A DNA stretch of 64,000 bases from Myxococcota bacterium (lineage in GTDB: Bacteria; Myxococcota_A; UBA9160; SZUA-336): assembly GCA_965247115.1 (NCBI GenBank), contig CBDFGR010000003.1, positions 1,216,001 through 1,280,000 on the forward strand, written 5' to 3'. The notes beneath the pieces are model-generated. The model worked only from the letters and a program-made list of their open reading frames with translations, was not told the origin of the DNA and did no database searches. Of this stretch, positions 9,809-20,600 are shown one piece after another (positions within the stretch are counted from its first letter, which is position 1; the number at the start of each line of letters is the position of its first letter). Made by a program: the position numbers and the translations under genes.

Positions 9809-10504
9809 GTGTCCGAGAACGAAATTCTGGTCGCGGTCGACAATCTACACAAGACCTACTCGCGGGGTTCGGAGCGCATCGACGTGCTGCTCGGGCTGAG
9901 CCTCGAGGTTCCGAAGGGTGACTTCCTCGCGCTGATGGGTCCCTCGGGCTCGGGCAAGACGACGCTTCTCAACTTGATCGGCGGTCTCGACCAGCCCTCC
10001 GAGGGCACTGTGGAGGTCGCGGGCGAGCGGATCGATCGCGCCTCGGGACGCAAGCTCGCAAGCTGGCGGGCCCGCCATGTCGGCTTCGTCTTCCAGTTCT
10101 ACCACCTGCTCCCGGTGCTGACCGCCGAGCGGAACGTCGAGATTCCGCTGCTGTTGACGCACTTGAGTCGGGCAGAACGGCGACAGCACGTGCAGGTCGC
10201 ACTCGCCGTCGTGGGACTCGAGGATCGGGCCAAACACTACCCCCGGCAGCTGTCCGGCGGACAAGAGCAGCGAGTGGGAATCGCCCGCGCCATCGTGAGC
10301 GATCCGACGCTCCTGCTCTGCGACGAGCCAACAGGCGATCTGGATCGCAAGAGCGGAGACGAGATTCTCAACCTGCTCCAAGCCCTGAACGAGGAGCACG
10401 ACAAGACCATCGTCATGGTGACGCACGATCCACACGCGGCGGCCCGGGCCAAGCGCGTTGTGTATCTCGACAAGGGAGTGCTCAGCGGGAGGCCAGAGGT
10501 ATGA
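9809..10504 (+). CDS. ABC transporter ATP-binding protein (MacB/LolD-like)
   Basis: [24 protein letters not shown]. Confidence 0.95.
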   Translation: MSENEILVAVDNLHKTYSRGSERIDVLLGLSLEVPKGDFLALMGPSGSGKTTLLNLIGGLDQPSEGTVEVAGERIDRASGRKLASWRARHVGFVFQFYHLLPVLTAERNVEIPLLLTHLSRAERRQHVQVALAVVGLEDRAKHYPRQLSGGQEQRVGIARAIVSDPTLLLCDEPTGDLDRKSGDEILNLLQALNEEHDKTIVMVTHDPHAAARAKRVVYLDKGVLSGRPEV

Positions 10505-11655
10505 AGTTCCTGCCCCTGCTCTGGCGGAGTCTGACGCGAAAGAAGGTCCGCACGACCTTCACTCTGCTGTCGATTCTCGTCTCCTTCCTGCTGTTCGGAC
10601 TCCTTGGAGCCCTGGAGCGTGCCCTGAGCCTGGGCTCCCAGACGGCGGGAACCGATCGGCTGGTGACCCAGCACAAGGTCTCATTCATCCAGCCTCTACC
10701 GCTCCGCTACTGGTCAACGATCCAGTCGGTGGACGGCGTGGAGGTGGTCTCTCACCTGACCTGGTTCGGGGGCTACTACCAGGAACCGAGCAATCGCTTC
10801 TCGCAGTTCGCAACGGACGCCGAGACCTACCTGGCGCTGGGATCGGAGCTGGAGCTCACCAACGCCCAAAAGGAGGCCTGGCTGGCCGAGCAGACTGGCG
10901 CGCTGGTGGGCCGCTCTGTCGCCGATCGCTTCGACTGGCAGCTCGGCGACCGCATTCCCCTCCAGGCGACCATTTTCCAGACGGAGGATGGATCCGCCTG
11001 GGAGTTCATCGTCGCCGCGATCGTCGAAGACACCGGCCCGGGCGGGGGTCCGGAGTTCATCTTCCACCACGACTACCTCAGCCAGAGAGGTGGAACCTTC
11101 GGAAGCGAGATGAACTGGGTAGGGCAGTTCGTAAGCCGCATCGACGACGCGGGCCGTGCCGCCGAGATCGCCGCAGACATCGATCGCCGCTTTACTAACT
11201 CCGGGGCGGAGACCAAGACCGCCACGGAGAAGGCCTTTGCTCAGGGCTTCGCGAACCAATTGGGGAACATCCGCGCCATCGTGCTCGGGATCACCAGCGT
11301 CGTCTTCTTCACGCTGCTCCTTGTAGCGGGGAATACCGTGGCACTGTCCGTACGCGAGCGGACGGAGGAGCTGGGCGTGCTCAAGGCCTTCGGGTTCACG
11401 AATGCGACCGTGATGGGCCTGGTCTTCGCGGAGGCGCTCAGCCTTGCAGCTCTGGGCGGTGGGGCCGGTCTCGCCTTGGCCTGGCTCGGGGCAAGTGTGG
11501 TCGACCTCCAGGGACTGCTGCCACCACTCTACGTACCCGGTGAACGAATGGGCATGGGTCTGGTTCTGATCGTGCTCTTCGCCCTCGTCGTGGCCGCCCT
11601 GCCCGCCTGGCAGGCCCTCCGCCTCAGGATCGTCGACGCGCTGCGGAGCGCCTGA
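10501..11655 (+). CDS. ABC transporter permease (MacB/FtsX family)
   Basis: One TM, periplasmic domain, [13 protein letters not shown], three C-terminal TMs. Confidence 0.9.
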   Translation: MKFLPLLWRSLTRKKVRTTFTLLSILVSFLLFGLLGALERALSLGSQTAGTDRLVTQHKVSFIQPLPLRYWSTIQSVDGVEVVSHLTWFGGYYQEPSNRFSQFATDAETYLALGSELELTNAQKEAWLAEQTGALVGRSVADRFDWQLGDRIPLQATIFQTEDGSAWEFIVAAIVEDTGPGGGPEFIFHHDYLSQRGGTFGSEMNWVGQFVSRIDDAGRAAEIAADIDRRFTNSGAETKTATEKAFAQGFANQLGNIRAIVLGITSVVFFTLLLVAGNTVALSVRERTEELGVLKAFGFTNATVMGLVFAEALSLAALGGGAGLALAWLGASVVDLQGLLPPLYVPGERMGMGLVLIVLFALVVAALPAWQALRLRIVDALRSA

Positions 11656-11657
11656 GT

Positions 11658-12857
11658 ATGCGGGGCTTGCTCGCCTGGCTCTCGCAGACCTACGCCGTCA
11701 CGGCGCTGAACCTGCGCAGTCTCCGCGAGAGGCTCGGCTCGTCTGCGGCAACGGTCGTGGGCGTTGCCGGCGTGGTCATGGTGTTTGTCGGGGTGCTCTC
11801 CATCGCCGCGGGCTTTGCGCACACCATTCTCTCCACCGGCCGACCGGAGGTCGCCATAGTCGTACGCTCGGGAACGAACGACGAGATGAGCAGTATCCTC
11901 CTGCAGCCGGACACGCGGGTCATCTCGGATGCGCCCGGCGTGCTGAAGGGGGAGAGCGGGCCGATCGCGTCTGCCGAGGTCTTTGTAATCGTCGATCTCC
12001 CGAAGAAGTCCACAGGAACGGACGCAAATGTGCCACTGCGTGGTGTAGAGCGGACCGCCTTTGAGGTCAGGAACGAGGTTCGAATCGTGCAGGGCCGCAT
12101 GTTCGAGTGGGGCAGGAAGGAGATCGTCGTCGGCGAAGCTGCCGCTGCCCTCTTCGGAGGGATGGAGGTTGGCTCAGTCAAACGCTGGGGCGAGAACGAG
12201 TGGAAGGTCGTGGGGATCTTCAGCGCCGGAGGGAGCATCGAGGACTCCGAGCTCTGGACGGACGTGCGCGTCCTGCAACCGGCTTATGATCGGGGCAACA
12301 GCTTCAACTCGGTCCGCTTGCGGCTCGAGTCCGCGCAGGCCTTTGATGCGTTCAAGGACGTACTCACTACGGATCCCCGGCTCAGCGTCAGCGTGTTGCG
12401 CGAGGAGGCATACTACGCCGGCCAGTCCAGCGTTCTCGTCGGAATCATCCAGGTCCTCGGCTACATGATCGCATTCCTCATGGCCGTGGGCGCGGTCTTC
12501 GGTGCGCTGAACACGATGTACACGGCGGTCTCCGCCCGCACCCAGGAGATCGCGACCTTGCGGGCGGTGGGCTTCGGGGCGAGCCCGGTGGTGTTCTCGG
12601 TCCTGATCGAGTCCCTGCTCCTCGCGGCGGCCGGGGGGCTGATCGGCGGCGGCCTGGCGTACGGGCTCTTCAACGGCTTCCAGGCCACAACGCTGAACTT
12701 CCAGAGCTTCAGTCAGGTCGCCTTTGCCTTCGCGGTCACACCGGACCTGCTCCTGCGCGGCACCCTCTTCGCCCTACTCATGGGCGTGATCGGCGGCTTC
12801 TTCCCCGCGGTTCACGCAGCACGGCTGCCAGTCGCCACCGCTCTCCGAAAGGCCTGA
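11658..12857 (+). CDS. ABC transporter permease (MacB/FtsX family)
   Basis: ARTQEIATLRAVGF motif, same topology. Confidence 0.9.
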   Translation: MRGLLAWLSQTYAVTALNLRSLRERLGSSAATVVGVAGVVMVFVGVLSIAAGFAHTILSTGRPEVAIVVRSGTNDEMSSILLQPDTRVISDAPGVLKGESGPIASAEVFVIVDLPKKSTGTDANVPLRGVERTAFEVRNEVRIVQGRMFEWGRKEIVVGEAAAALFGGMEVGSVKRWGENEWKVVGIFSAGGSIEDSELWTDVRVLQPAYDRGNSFNSVRLRLESAQAFDAFKDVLTTDPRLSVSVLREEAYYAGQSSVLVGIIQVLGYMIAFLMAVGAVFGALNTMYTAVSARTQEIATLRAVGFGASPVVFSVLIESLLLAAAGGLIGGGLAYGLFNGFQATTLNFQSFSQVAFAFAVTPDLLLRGTLFALLMGVIGGFFPAVHAARLPVATALRKA

Positions 12858-12954
12858 GTCACAGGGTGAAGTTCATCCCACTGGGCGCATCGTTGCAGAG
12901 CTCTGGGCTGCGTATACTGCGTCCAAGAAGCACAGAGTCAAGAAGGGGCCGTCC

Positions 12955-13824
12955 GTGGCCAACACCGTGATCGCCGAGAACCTGAAGTTCCCCGAGGGCC
13001 CCGCCTTCGACCGCGACGGGAACCTGTACGTCGTCGAGATTCAGGGGGGACAGGTCTCGAAGATCGCGTCCGACGGCAGCGTATCCGTCTTTGCAAAGAC
13101 TGGCGGCGGACCGAACGGCGCCAACTTCGGGCCGGACGGGCAGCTCTACGTCTGCAACAACGGCGGGTTTCCGGGATCTGACAGAGAGCCTGGCCGCGTG
13201 GAACGCATCGCTTCCGACGGCAGCGTGACCGTGTTGATTCGAGAGGTCGACGGCGAGCCGCTCAACTCGCCTAACGATCTCGGCTTTGACGAGTACGGCA
13301 ACTTCTACTTCACAGATCCGGTCTTTGGCGCCGCAGGAGTCGAACTCGACGGTGCGCCGGCGGGAAACATCTGCTTTCACGACACGAGTGGGAGGACGCG
13401 CAGACTGCACACGGCCTTCGCGTTCCCGAACGGCATCGGTGTATCGCCCGACGGACGGACCCTCATCGTCTGTGAATCGATGACGTTCAAGCTGCACGCC
13501 TTCGATATCCTCGAGCCGGGCGTCCTCGGCGAGCCGCGCGAGTTCGGCTTTCTCGGCGACGGCGCCATCCCGGACGGGTTTGCCTTCGACGTCGACGGGA
13601 ACATCCTGTGCTGCGGCTTCGAGAGCGGCCAGATCCACGTCTTCGCGCCCGGTGGCGGCGCCAAGATCGGCACCCTCGACTTCGAGGACAAGCGGGTCAC
13701 GAACGTGTGCTTCGGCGGACCCGAATTCAAGTCCCTGTTCGTGACCGAGAGTGGAGCCGGGCGCGTCGTGCGTGTCGACTGGGAACGGCCCGGAATGGTG
13801 CTCTTCCCCGACCGCCGAGGTTAG
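12955..13824 (+). CDS. SMP-30/gluconolactonase/LRE family protein
   Basis: FPEGP, PND, PNG, PDG propeller motifs. Confidence 0.9.
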   Translation: MANTVIAENLKFPEGPAFDRDGNLYVVEIQGGQVSKIASDGSVSVFAKTGGGPNGANFGPDGQLYVCNNGGFPGSDREPGRVERIASDGSVTVLIREVDGEPLNSPNDLGFDEYGNFYFTDPVFGAAGVELDGAPAGNICFHDTSGRTRRLHTAFAFPNGIGVSPDGRTLIVCESMTFKLHAFDILEPGVLGEPREFGFLGDGAIPDGFAFDVDGNILCCGFESGQIHVFAPGGGAKIGTLDFEDKRVTNVCFGGPEFKSLFVTESGAGRVVRVDWERPGMVLFPDRRG

Positions 13825-13830
13825 GCACGC

Positions 13831-14733
13831 TCAGCCGGGCCGACCCACACATACACCGCTGGCGATGGCCGCCGCGCCCTCGTGGTTCAGCAGGTCGAAG
13901 AAGATCTCGTGTGTGCCAGCTGAGGTGATGCGTTCTTCGAGACAGCGGACCGACACGGTCTTTCCCATCAAGACCATCGCTCGGAACTGGCCCGCAATCC
14001 GAGCCAGGCGAGCTGGATCCGCACCAAGGCAGCGGTCGATCAGCTCCCGCATGGCCAGCGACAGCGTGGCCGTGCCGTGCAGGATGATGTCCGGGAGCCC
14101 AGCGGCGAGCGCCACGCTGCGCTCTGTGTGGATCGGATTCCAGATGTCCGCGCACTCCGTGTAGACGTGCGCAGCATCGGGGCGGATCGGAACCTCTGCG
14201 GACCAGACGGGCTTGTCAGGCAGGCCTCCGGGATCGGGGAGGGGTGGCGGGCTCACGAGTTCGCGGTCAGGACCGACAGTGGCCGCCCCGCGAACGATCC
14301 CGCCGGTGTCTAGCTCTGCGACACGCTTGCCGAAGGAGTCGCGCAGCTCGTAGCGTTGCGTGCTCAGCACGCCGGACCGAACCTGACGGACAGAGGTCAG
14401 CTCGCCCTGACACGTGATCACGTCGCCACCGCGCATAGCGCGCTCGAAGCGAGCATCGACCCAGGCGTGTACGCCACGCCGAGCGTTCTCCAGGCTGACC
14501 CCCAGGTCGGGGGTGTGCCTTGCGTTCCACTGCAAGGAGAAGATCAGGCCGGGGTGCGCGACCAGCCCCTCTGGTCGCGTATCGTCGAAGTACGCGGGGT
14601 TGAAATCACCGACACCGGCCGCGAACGCCATGATGCGTCGTGGTGTCAGCTCGACCGAGCGCGCCACCGTGCGCAATCCGACCGTCTTGGTGGGAACGGG
14701 CTCGAGCCCCAGCGTCTCTGCTTGCGCTGTCAC
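13831..14733 (-). CDS. MaoC-family (double hot-dog) dehydratase
   Basis: GDFNP and DIWNPIH...A..AGL...ILHG hydratase motifs. Confidence 0.85.
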   Translation of the reverse strand: MTAQAETLGLEPVPTKTVGLRTVARSVELTPRRIMAFAAGVGDFNPAYFDDTRPEGLVAHPGLIFSLQWNARHTPDLGVSLENARRGVHAWVDARFERAMRGGDVITCQGELTSVRQVRSGVLSTQRYELRDSFGKRVAELDTGGIVRGAATVGPDRELVSPPPLPDPGGLPDKPVWSAEVPIRPDAAHVYTECADIWNPIHTERSVALAAGLPDIILHGTATLSLAMRELIDRCLGADPARLARIAGQFRAMVLMGKTVSVRCLEERITSAGTHEIFFDLLNHEGAAAIASGVCVGRPG

Positions 14734-14759
14734 GCTGTCTCCTCCAACTGCGCGCTCGA

Positions 14760-15950
14760 TCAGCGCCGCGGCAGGCCGAGCACACGCTCGGAGATGATGT
14801 TGCGCTGGATCTCGCTGGTGCCCGCGGCGATCGTGCCGCCGCAGGACTGGAGCTGACGCGCTCCCCAGTGCCCGCCGTCGATCGCCCTGGCGGAGCCAGG
14901 CCAGAGCTGGCCATAGGGGCCCGTGAGCGAGTTGCCGAGCCGCGACATGCGATGATCGAGCTCGGAGCGATAGACCTTCATGGTGCTCGACTCCGGGCCC
15001 GGCTTCTCGCCCTGTGCCAGGCGCGTGAGCAACCGCAAGGAGTTCAGCCGCAGGATCTCGACCTCGGTCGCAAGCTGTGCAAGGCCCTGGCGGAACACCG
15101 GATCCGTGGCGGCCGACCGTCCGCCACGCTGGGTGCTGCGAGCCAGGTCGGTGATCCGGCCAACGCTGCGCTGGTACGTGAGGTAAGCCGAGAGCGTGCT
15201 CGCGCCGCGCTCGTAAGACAAGACCGTGTTCGAGACGCGCCAGCCTTCCGTTGGCTTTCCGACGATGTTCTCGGCGGGTACCTCCACATCCGTGAAGAAG
15301 GTCTCGTTGAAGTGCCGATTCCCCGTGATCTGCACGAGCGGACGGACCTCGACGCCTGGCGTCTGCATGTCGATCAGGAGAAAGCCGATGCCGCCGTGCC
15401 TCTCGGCCTCGGGATCCGTACGCACCAGGCAGAAAATCCAGTCAGCCTGATGCGCTCCCGACGTCCAGATCTTCTGGCCATTGACCACGTAGCGATCGCC
15501 ACGGAGCTCAGCGCGTGTCTGCAGGTTCGCCAGATCGGATCCTGCTCCCGGCTCCGAGTAGCCCTGGCACCACATCCGCTCCGCGCTCAGCATCGGGAGG
15601 AGGTGCGTCTCGCGCTGCTCGGGGCTGCCGTGGTGCATCAGGGCGGGACCGCAGAGCCCGATTCCGGAGCCGTTCACGCTGGGCGGTGCGTCCGCCCGCG
15701 CCAGCTCCTCCAGCAGGATCGCGTTCTCGACCTGCGTGCGACCCTGGCCGCCGTACTCCACGGGCCATGTAATGCCCACGTAGCCGGCCTCGTAGAGCTC
15801 GCGATGCCAGGCACGATGCTGGTCGAAGTACTCGTCTCCGCCGCGCTCATCCGGATCGGCCTCTTGCCACCAATCCGGGATGTTCTCGTCGAGCCAGCCC
15901 CTGATCGAGGCTCGATAGGCCTCTTCACTCTCGCTGAACTTGAAGTCCAT
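14760..15950 (-). CDS. Acyl-CoA dehydrogenase
   Basis: WCQGYSEPGAGSDLA, NGQKIWTS, TIAAGTSEIQRN. Confidence 0.95.
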   Translation of the reverse strand: MDFKFSESEEAYRASIRGWLDENIPDWWQEADPDERGGDEYFDQHRAWHRELYEAGYVGITWPVEYGGQGRTQVENAILLEELARADAPPSVNGSGIGLCGPALMHHGSPEQRETHLLPMLSAERMWCQGYSEPGAGSDLANLQTRAELRGDRYVVNGQKIWTSGAHQADWIFCLVRTDPEAERHGGIGFLLIDMQTPGVEVRPLVQITGNRHFNETFFTDVEVPAENIVGKPTEGWRVSNTVLSYERGASTLSAYLTYQRSVGRITDLARSTQRGGRSAATDPVFRQGLAQLATEVEILRLNSLRLLTRLAQGEKPGPESSTMKVYRSELDHRMSRLGNSLTGPYGQLWPGSARAIDGGHWGARQLQSCGGTIAAGTSEIQRNIISERVLGLPRR

Positions 15951-16039
15951 GATGCGCTCCCCCGAGGATCGATCTGTCCCAGTATCATACCTACGGGGGG
16001 AAGGAGAAGCGGGCGAGTCGCCGGTGGCTTAAATGGAAT

Positions 16040-16071
16040 GCCCCCGGGACCGCGCTCTGGGTCCCGGGGGC
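16040..16071 (-). terminator. Strong GC hairpin downstream of the protease gene (terminator or REP-like)
   Basis: GCCCCCGGGACC-N8-GGTCCCGGGGGC perfect 12-bp stem; weak U tract. Confidence 0.45.
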
Positions 16072-16116
16072 GCTCCCACTGCGAACGCCACGCCCGAGTG
16101 GCGTCGCAATACTTGG

Positions 16117-17034
16117 CTAGCGGTAGCGGAAATCCCTTGGCGCGGTCCAGGGACCGCGTGAGCCGGCAGCATCGACCGCGGCGACGCGCCAGAAGTACGT
16201 ACCGGGTCGGAGCCGCTCGACGTCCAGGCTACGGAGCTCGGTGCTGGTTCCGCTCACCAGGGTGTGCTCCACGACGTCTCGAAACGACTGGTCTGGGGAG
16301 ATCTCCAGATGGTAGCGGCTGGCACCATCCACACGCCCCCAGGCAAATTCGTAGTCGAGGATGCTCTCGCCCTGATTCCGCTCGGAGGAGATCTCCTCGA
16401 GCGTGAGCGTCTGGCGGACCGGATCCGTCTGGACGCGGAAGTGCTTGAAGAAGGACATGCCGAGCAGGCCGGTCTCGAGCGAGTCCAGGACGACCATCTC
16501 GACCTGCTCCAGCACGGCGTCACCGAGGCGCAGATTGCGCAGGGTGACGACCGGCGCGATCAGCGTCTCAGCCGAGATTCCGCGAACCTCGACGCGAGGC
16601 GTCCGCGCATCGATCCGGATCCCGAGCTGGTCCACGACGGAGCGCGGGATCGAGTTCATCATCGCGCCCGTATCGACCACGAAGCGGGCCTCGACGGAAT
16701 CGTTCAGAAGAGCCCGGACCTGCATCTGTAGGCCGGCACTCTCCAGGGAGACGATGTGGCGCAGAGAGGAGGTCCTCGTCGCGGCAGGGCTCGTCTGGCG
16801 CGCGACCACGTTGAAGCGCGTGTCGCGCGTTCCCGCCGCGACGGAAGAAAGGTCTTGCTGGTGCAGTGCCGGCACGCCAGCCGGGTCGTCCGTGAAGTGC
16901 AGACGACCTTGGGCGTCCACCCACTTGTACATGTCCGCCGAGGCAGGGCTCGCGATCAGGGTCAGGAGCAGCACAGCGGCTGCCAGGTGGCTAAGGAGTC
17001 GGGGCGGTGAATGGGGAGAATCACAAGTATGCAT
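16117..17034 (-). CDS. Exported DUF4124 + retropepsin-like aspartyl protease + FN3/Ig-like domain protein
   Basis: Signal peptide (..PASA-D), YKWVD..G..HFTD (DUF4124), FVVDTGA and GLLGMSFF (clan AA), C-terminal W..V.GA..Y...GTYFWRV.A. Confidence 0.85.
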   Translation of the reverse strand: MHTCDSPHSPPRLLSHLAAAVLLLTLIASPASADMYKWVDAQGRLHFTDDPAGVPALHQQDLSSVAAGTRDTRFNVVARQTSPAATRTSSLRHIVSLESAGLQMQVRALLNDSVEARFVVDTGAMMNSIPRSVVDQLGIRIDARTPRVEVRGISAETLIAPVVTLRNLRLGDAVLEQVEMVVLDSLETGLLGMSFFKHFRVQTDPVRQTLTLEEISSERNQGESILDYEFAWGRVDGASRYHLEISPDQSFRDVVEHTLVSGTSTELRSLDVERLRPGTYFWRVAAVDAAGSRGPWTAPRDFRYR

Positions 17035-17039
17035 CCCCG

Positions 17040-17151
17040 GCTCCTTTCGCCAACCGTTCGACCCGATCGCGAGCCCGCTTGGGCGCTACTCGCGAGATAG
17101 GGCACTGGCTTTGCGTCCCCGTCTTTCGACGGGTTTGCCTCTTCGTGGAGC
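17040..17151 (-). ncRNA. c-di-GMP-I (GEMM-I) riboswitch, variant copy
   Basis: GGCAAA-CCCGTC-GAAA-GACGGG-GACGCAAAGCC core; 3' strand GGTTGGCGA instead of GGTTACCGA. Confidence 0.8.
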
Positions 17152-17220
17152 AGGCTGCACCCTTGCATCCTGCACCCATGGTGCGGCGTCTGAAACGCTA
17201 CACCGTTGCTAACAAGTCAC

Positions 17221-17249
17221 TCATCGGTCAGTCGTCCGCGCTTCTTTAG
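17221..17249 (-). promoter_or_regulatory. Putative sigma-28/WhiG-like promoter
   Basis: CTAAAG-N16-CCGATGA; same pattern and spacing at three other loci. Confidence 0.65.
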
Positions 17250-17348
17250 CTCAACCGCGGACTTTCTTGAACTCCCTGGCCGGTCGGGCCCAACGGCGCC
17301 AGGTTGCCGGTAAACTGCCGGCCGCGGCGTCCGAGTCGCCACGACGGC

Positions 17349-17636
17349 CTAGCTTGGGTCCTCCACCTCGATGGACGTGGCCACCCAGCCGTCGGCGGTG
17401 CGCTCGAAGCTGATGACCACGTAGCTTCCGATCGGCAGCGTGGTCAGGTCGTACACATCCTCCGGCACGTAGAACTCCAAGGAGCCCAGATAGACGGTCT
17501 GGGAGAGTGCGTAGACCTGCGTCACGAGTCCGGAAAGCGGCCTCTCGACGCTTGCAGCCTCGGCTTCTGTCACGCCGAGATAGGGCGAGCCCAGACTCAG
17601 GGTCAGGAGAGCCGCTAGAAGCCAGTTAGAGCGCAC
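17349..17636 (-). CDS. Small exported beta-rich protein (DUF1344/DUF5666-like OB fold), copy A
   Basis: GTG start after AGAGGAG; 95 aa with signal peptide; clear paralog of 21929-22216. Confidence 0.8.
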   Translation of the reverse strand: MRSNWLLAALLTLSLGSPYLGVTEAEAASVERPLSGLVTQVYALSQTVYLGSLEFYVPEDVYDLTTLPIGSYVVISFERTADGWVATSIEVEDPS

Positions 17637-17653
17637 GGTGGGTTCTCCTCTGC

Positions 17654-20600
17654 TCAGAAGCGCTGGCGCCAGTAGACGAGGTCTACCGGATTGGGCAGCA
17701 GACCCGGAGCCCCGATCGACACGATGTGGCCCGCCGACGTTTTCAAGAAGATCTGCACGCCGCCGTCCAGCGAGTTGGAGACGGTGAGGCGGGGATCCGA
17801 CGGGACACCCAGCCCCGACGTCACCCGACGACCCTGGTTCGAGGAAGTCGCCGGATCGAAGAAGCCCTGGCCGGTGGCCAGGTCGAAGACGTGGGCAAAA
17901 GCCTGACCGTCCGCATCGCAGACGCTGCCCGTCCCGTCGTCCGGGAGGTAGCTCGTGGTAACGAGGACTCCGCCGAACGCAGCGTGGTTGGTGATGAACT
18001 TCTCGCCGTCCTCTGCAATGAAGTAAAACCCCAGATCGGTCAGGTCCGGATCGGACGTAAGACCCGTAATGTCGGTCAGGTTCGCCTCGGTGAATGGAGC
18101 CACGGGGACGGAACCCACCCCGGTGGGATTCGGGTCCTGAATTACGTAGAAGCGATTGTTGTCGTCCACCCCGGGATCGCCCTGGTAGACAATGTCGGTA
18201 CGCTCGCCCGTCGCGAATCCCAACGTGAGCTTGCCGGAGAGGTACGTCACTACGGGAGGAAAGAAGATGCCGCGATGGTGCAAGGCGCCGCCCGACACGA
18301 GCTGCGAATCTGCCCGGAATACAACACCAGCGGGCCACCCGTCGAAGAGACCGTCGATGTCGGTATCTTCGGCGATCCTGGAGATGTCCCACTTCCAGAG
18401 CTGGCCTCCCGCATCACCGATGTAGATCAGGTCGGCGAAGCTATCGAAGTCCAGATCGAGGACAGCGGGCGTGCTCGGCAGCGCGTAGAGCATCTGAGAA
18501 AGCTGAGCATCGCTCCCATCGTATGAGACCTGTGCGAGAACCTGGCCCGTGTCCAGGGCAACCATGAAGATCGCCTTGCTGTCATCGCTCCAGCTCGCAG
18601 CTGTGGGGTCGGACACGTACGTAAGTAGGTTGGGGTCACCCGCCGCGCGGAAGCCGCCACCGAAGATCGCGACCCACTGCTCGCGACAATCACCATCGTC
18701 CGCCGTGTTCTTTCCGCAGTGGTCTCCGAAGCCAACTGCGGCTTTGACCTTGATTCGCGTGATGATCGGTTCCGACCAGGACTCGCCAAGCGGGATGCTG
18801 GGGTCGTACAGCTCCCAGAGGAGCTTCGGGTAGGGACCGTGCGGTCCCCCGACCGCCGAGGGGTCCGTGACGTCGAGGGCGAGGTAGCCATCGCCACCCT
18901 GACGCATCCCCGTGACGAGAACCGTTGTCCACTCGGTCCCGTCCTTCGTGGTGTCTGCCGGCGAGCTCGCGAGCCAGGCATCGGCGGCGGATGGACTTCC
19001 GTCCACGTAGTACTCGCTGCGTGGGTAGTTTCTCGGGATCAGCTTGAGCTTTGGCACCAGGAAGCCCGGAACGTATGCAAAGTCTTCGTTGCCGGTCCCC
19101 AGGTCGTAGTAGTCGGTCTCGACCTCGGGCGTCGCCAGGTTGTCGCCAAACCTGTAGTCGCCCGCCTCGATAGCATGGAGCATCCCATCGTTCGCGCCAA
19201 CGTAGAGACGACGAGTCCGATTCTCGTACGTGTTGAGAAAAGTCCCAGGCTGAGCGAGCGGACCGTAGCCTTCTTCCCCGCGGAAGCCTGAAGGAGGCGG
19301 ACCAATCACGAGAGGGTTCGAGTGAAATGTGTCGCCGAACACCCACTCTCGGAGCTCCGATGTGTTCAGATCCAGGTCGAAATCGAAGCTGTCCTGACCG
19401 TAAAGAAAGTCCACGAGCTCGCCAGCCAGGGTAGCCGTGTCCGGGAACGGAACTGCTGGATCATTCGGATACAGGCCCAGCTCCGCCGGGGTCAGGCCCA
19501 GGTCCGCATCGCTGATCGTTGCCTTCGTGAAGTCGGCACGGACGCCGCCCTGGGTCGTGTAAATGCGTCGTGCGGGATGCGCGGGGTCGAGCAAGCGCTC
19601 ATAGACATCCCAGAACGGGTTCCTTGGCTCGATGAACGTATCCGTCGCATCGATTGCGGGATTGCCGTCCTTGTCCACCACCTCGAGCGAGGGCGAGAGG
19701 CGGTACGCCTCCAGGTGTCCCTCCCAGAGTCCGCGTCCGACCCTGGGGATAAACCACGCGGAGAACATGCCGTCCCCAAAGGCCGTACGGCTCGATGGGA
19801 CAGTCGAGGCTGTGAACGACGCGGCACGCTCCAGAATATCCAGCAGCGCGGCCTCGAGCGTCGCGGCCAGCTCGTTAGCGGTCCGCGCATTGTAGTACTC
19901 GCCCGAGCTGTTCAGCGCGGTCTCGCGAAGCAGTGGGTGATCAAACGTGAATCCCACCGTGTAGGTGACGATGTTCTGGGGCCCAGGCAAGTCGGGGCGA
20001 AGGTCGTTCTCGTACAGGTGGTACCCGACGTCGTCCAGCCAGTCTGTGCCGAGGGACTGGTAGGGAGGCATGTCGATTCGCCCGGTGTACTCGTCCGGCG
20101 ACTCGTTGGTGTCAACGTCAGCATTCCCGATCGCGCACATGAAGCCACCCGTGCCGCCAGGGTTGTGGTCGAAGTTGTCCATCGTGGGGGCGCCATCCGT
20201 GAGCACGACCACGAAGTTCTTGCGGCACGGGCCATCCTCCATCGGGTTCGAATTCCCGATGTTCCCGTTGGCCGCGCAGTTCCCGACGGAGTTGTCACCG
20301 GACATGTACTCGGCTACGTCGACGAGGGTCTCAGCCAGGGGGGTCCAGCCGCCAGGTTGCGTGTTGTTGATCCGAGCCACGAGCGAGTTCTTGTTTCCTG
20401 TCCCGATCGGACCGTCTATAGTCCCGCCGTTCGGATCGTTCCCCGAGCCGAACTTCGTCAGCCCGAAGCGCACGTTCTCGTTGAAGCCGTCGGGGTTGAT
20501 GAGATCAATCAGCTGCAGGAGCGCAGCTCTTGCCGTATCAAGTCTGTCCTGCGTCGGGATCGCAGGCGTAGTGCCGCTGATGATCTGTGTGAAGAGCCAG

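Noticed and set aside
14640..16406. Long alternative-frame ORFs (e.g. 14640-16406, 19322-21046, 22548-24356, 32904-34631, 49735-51162)
   Set aside because: Antisense shadows of well-supported genes, expected in high-GC DNA; no recognisable motifs
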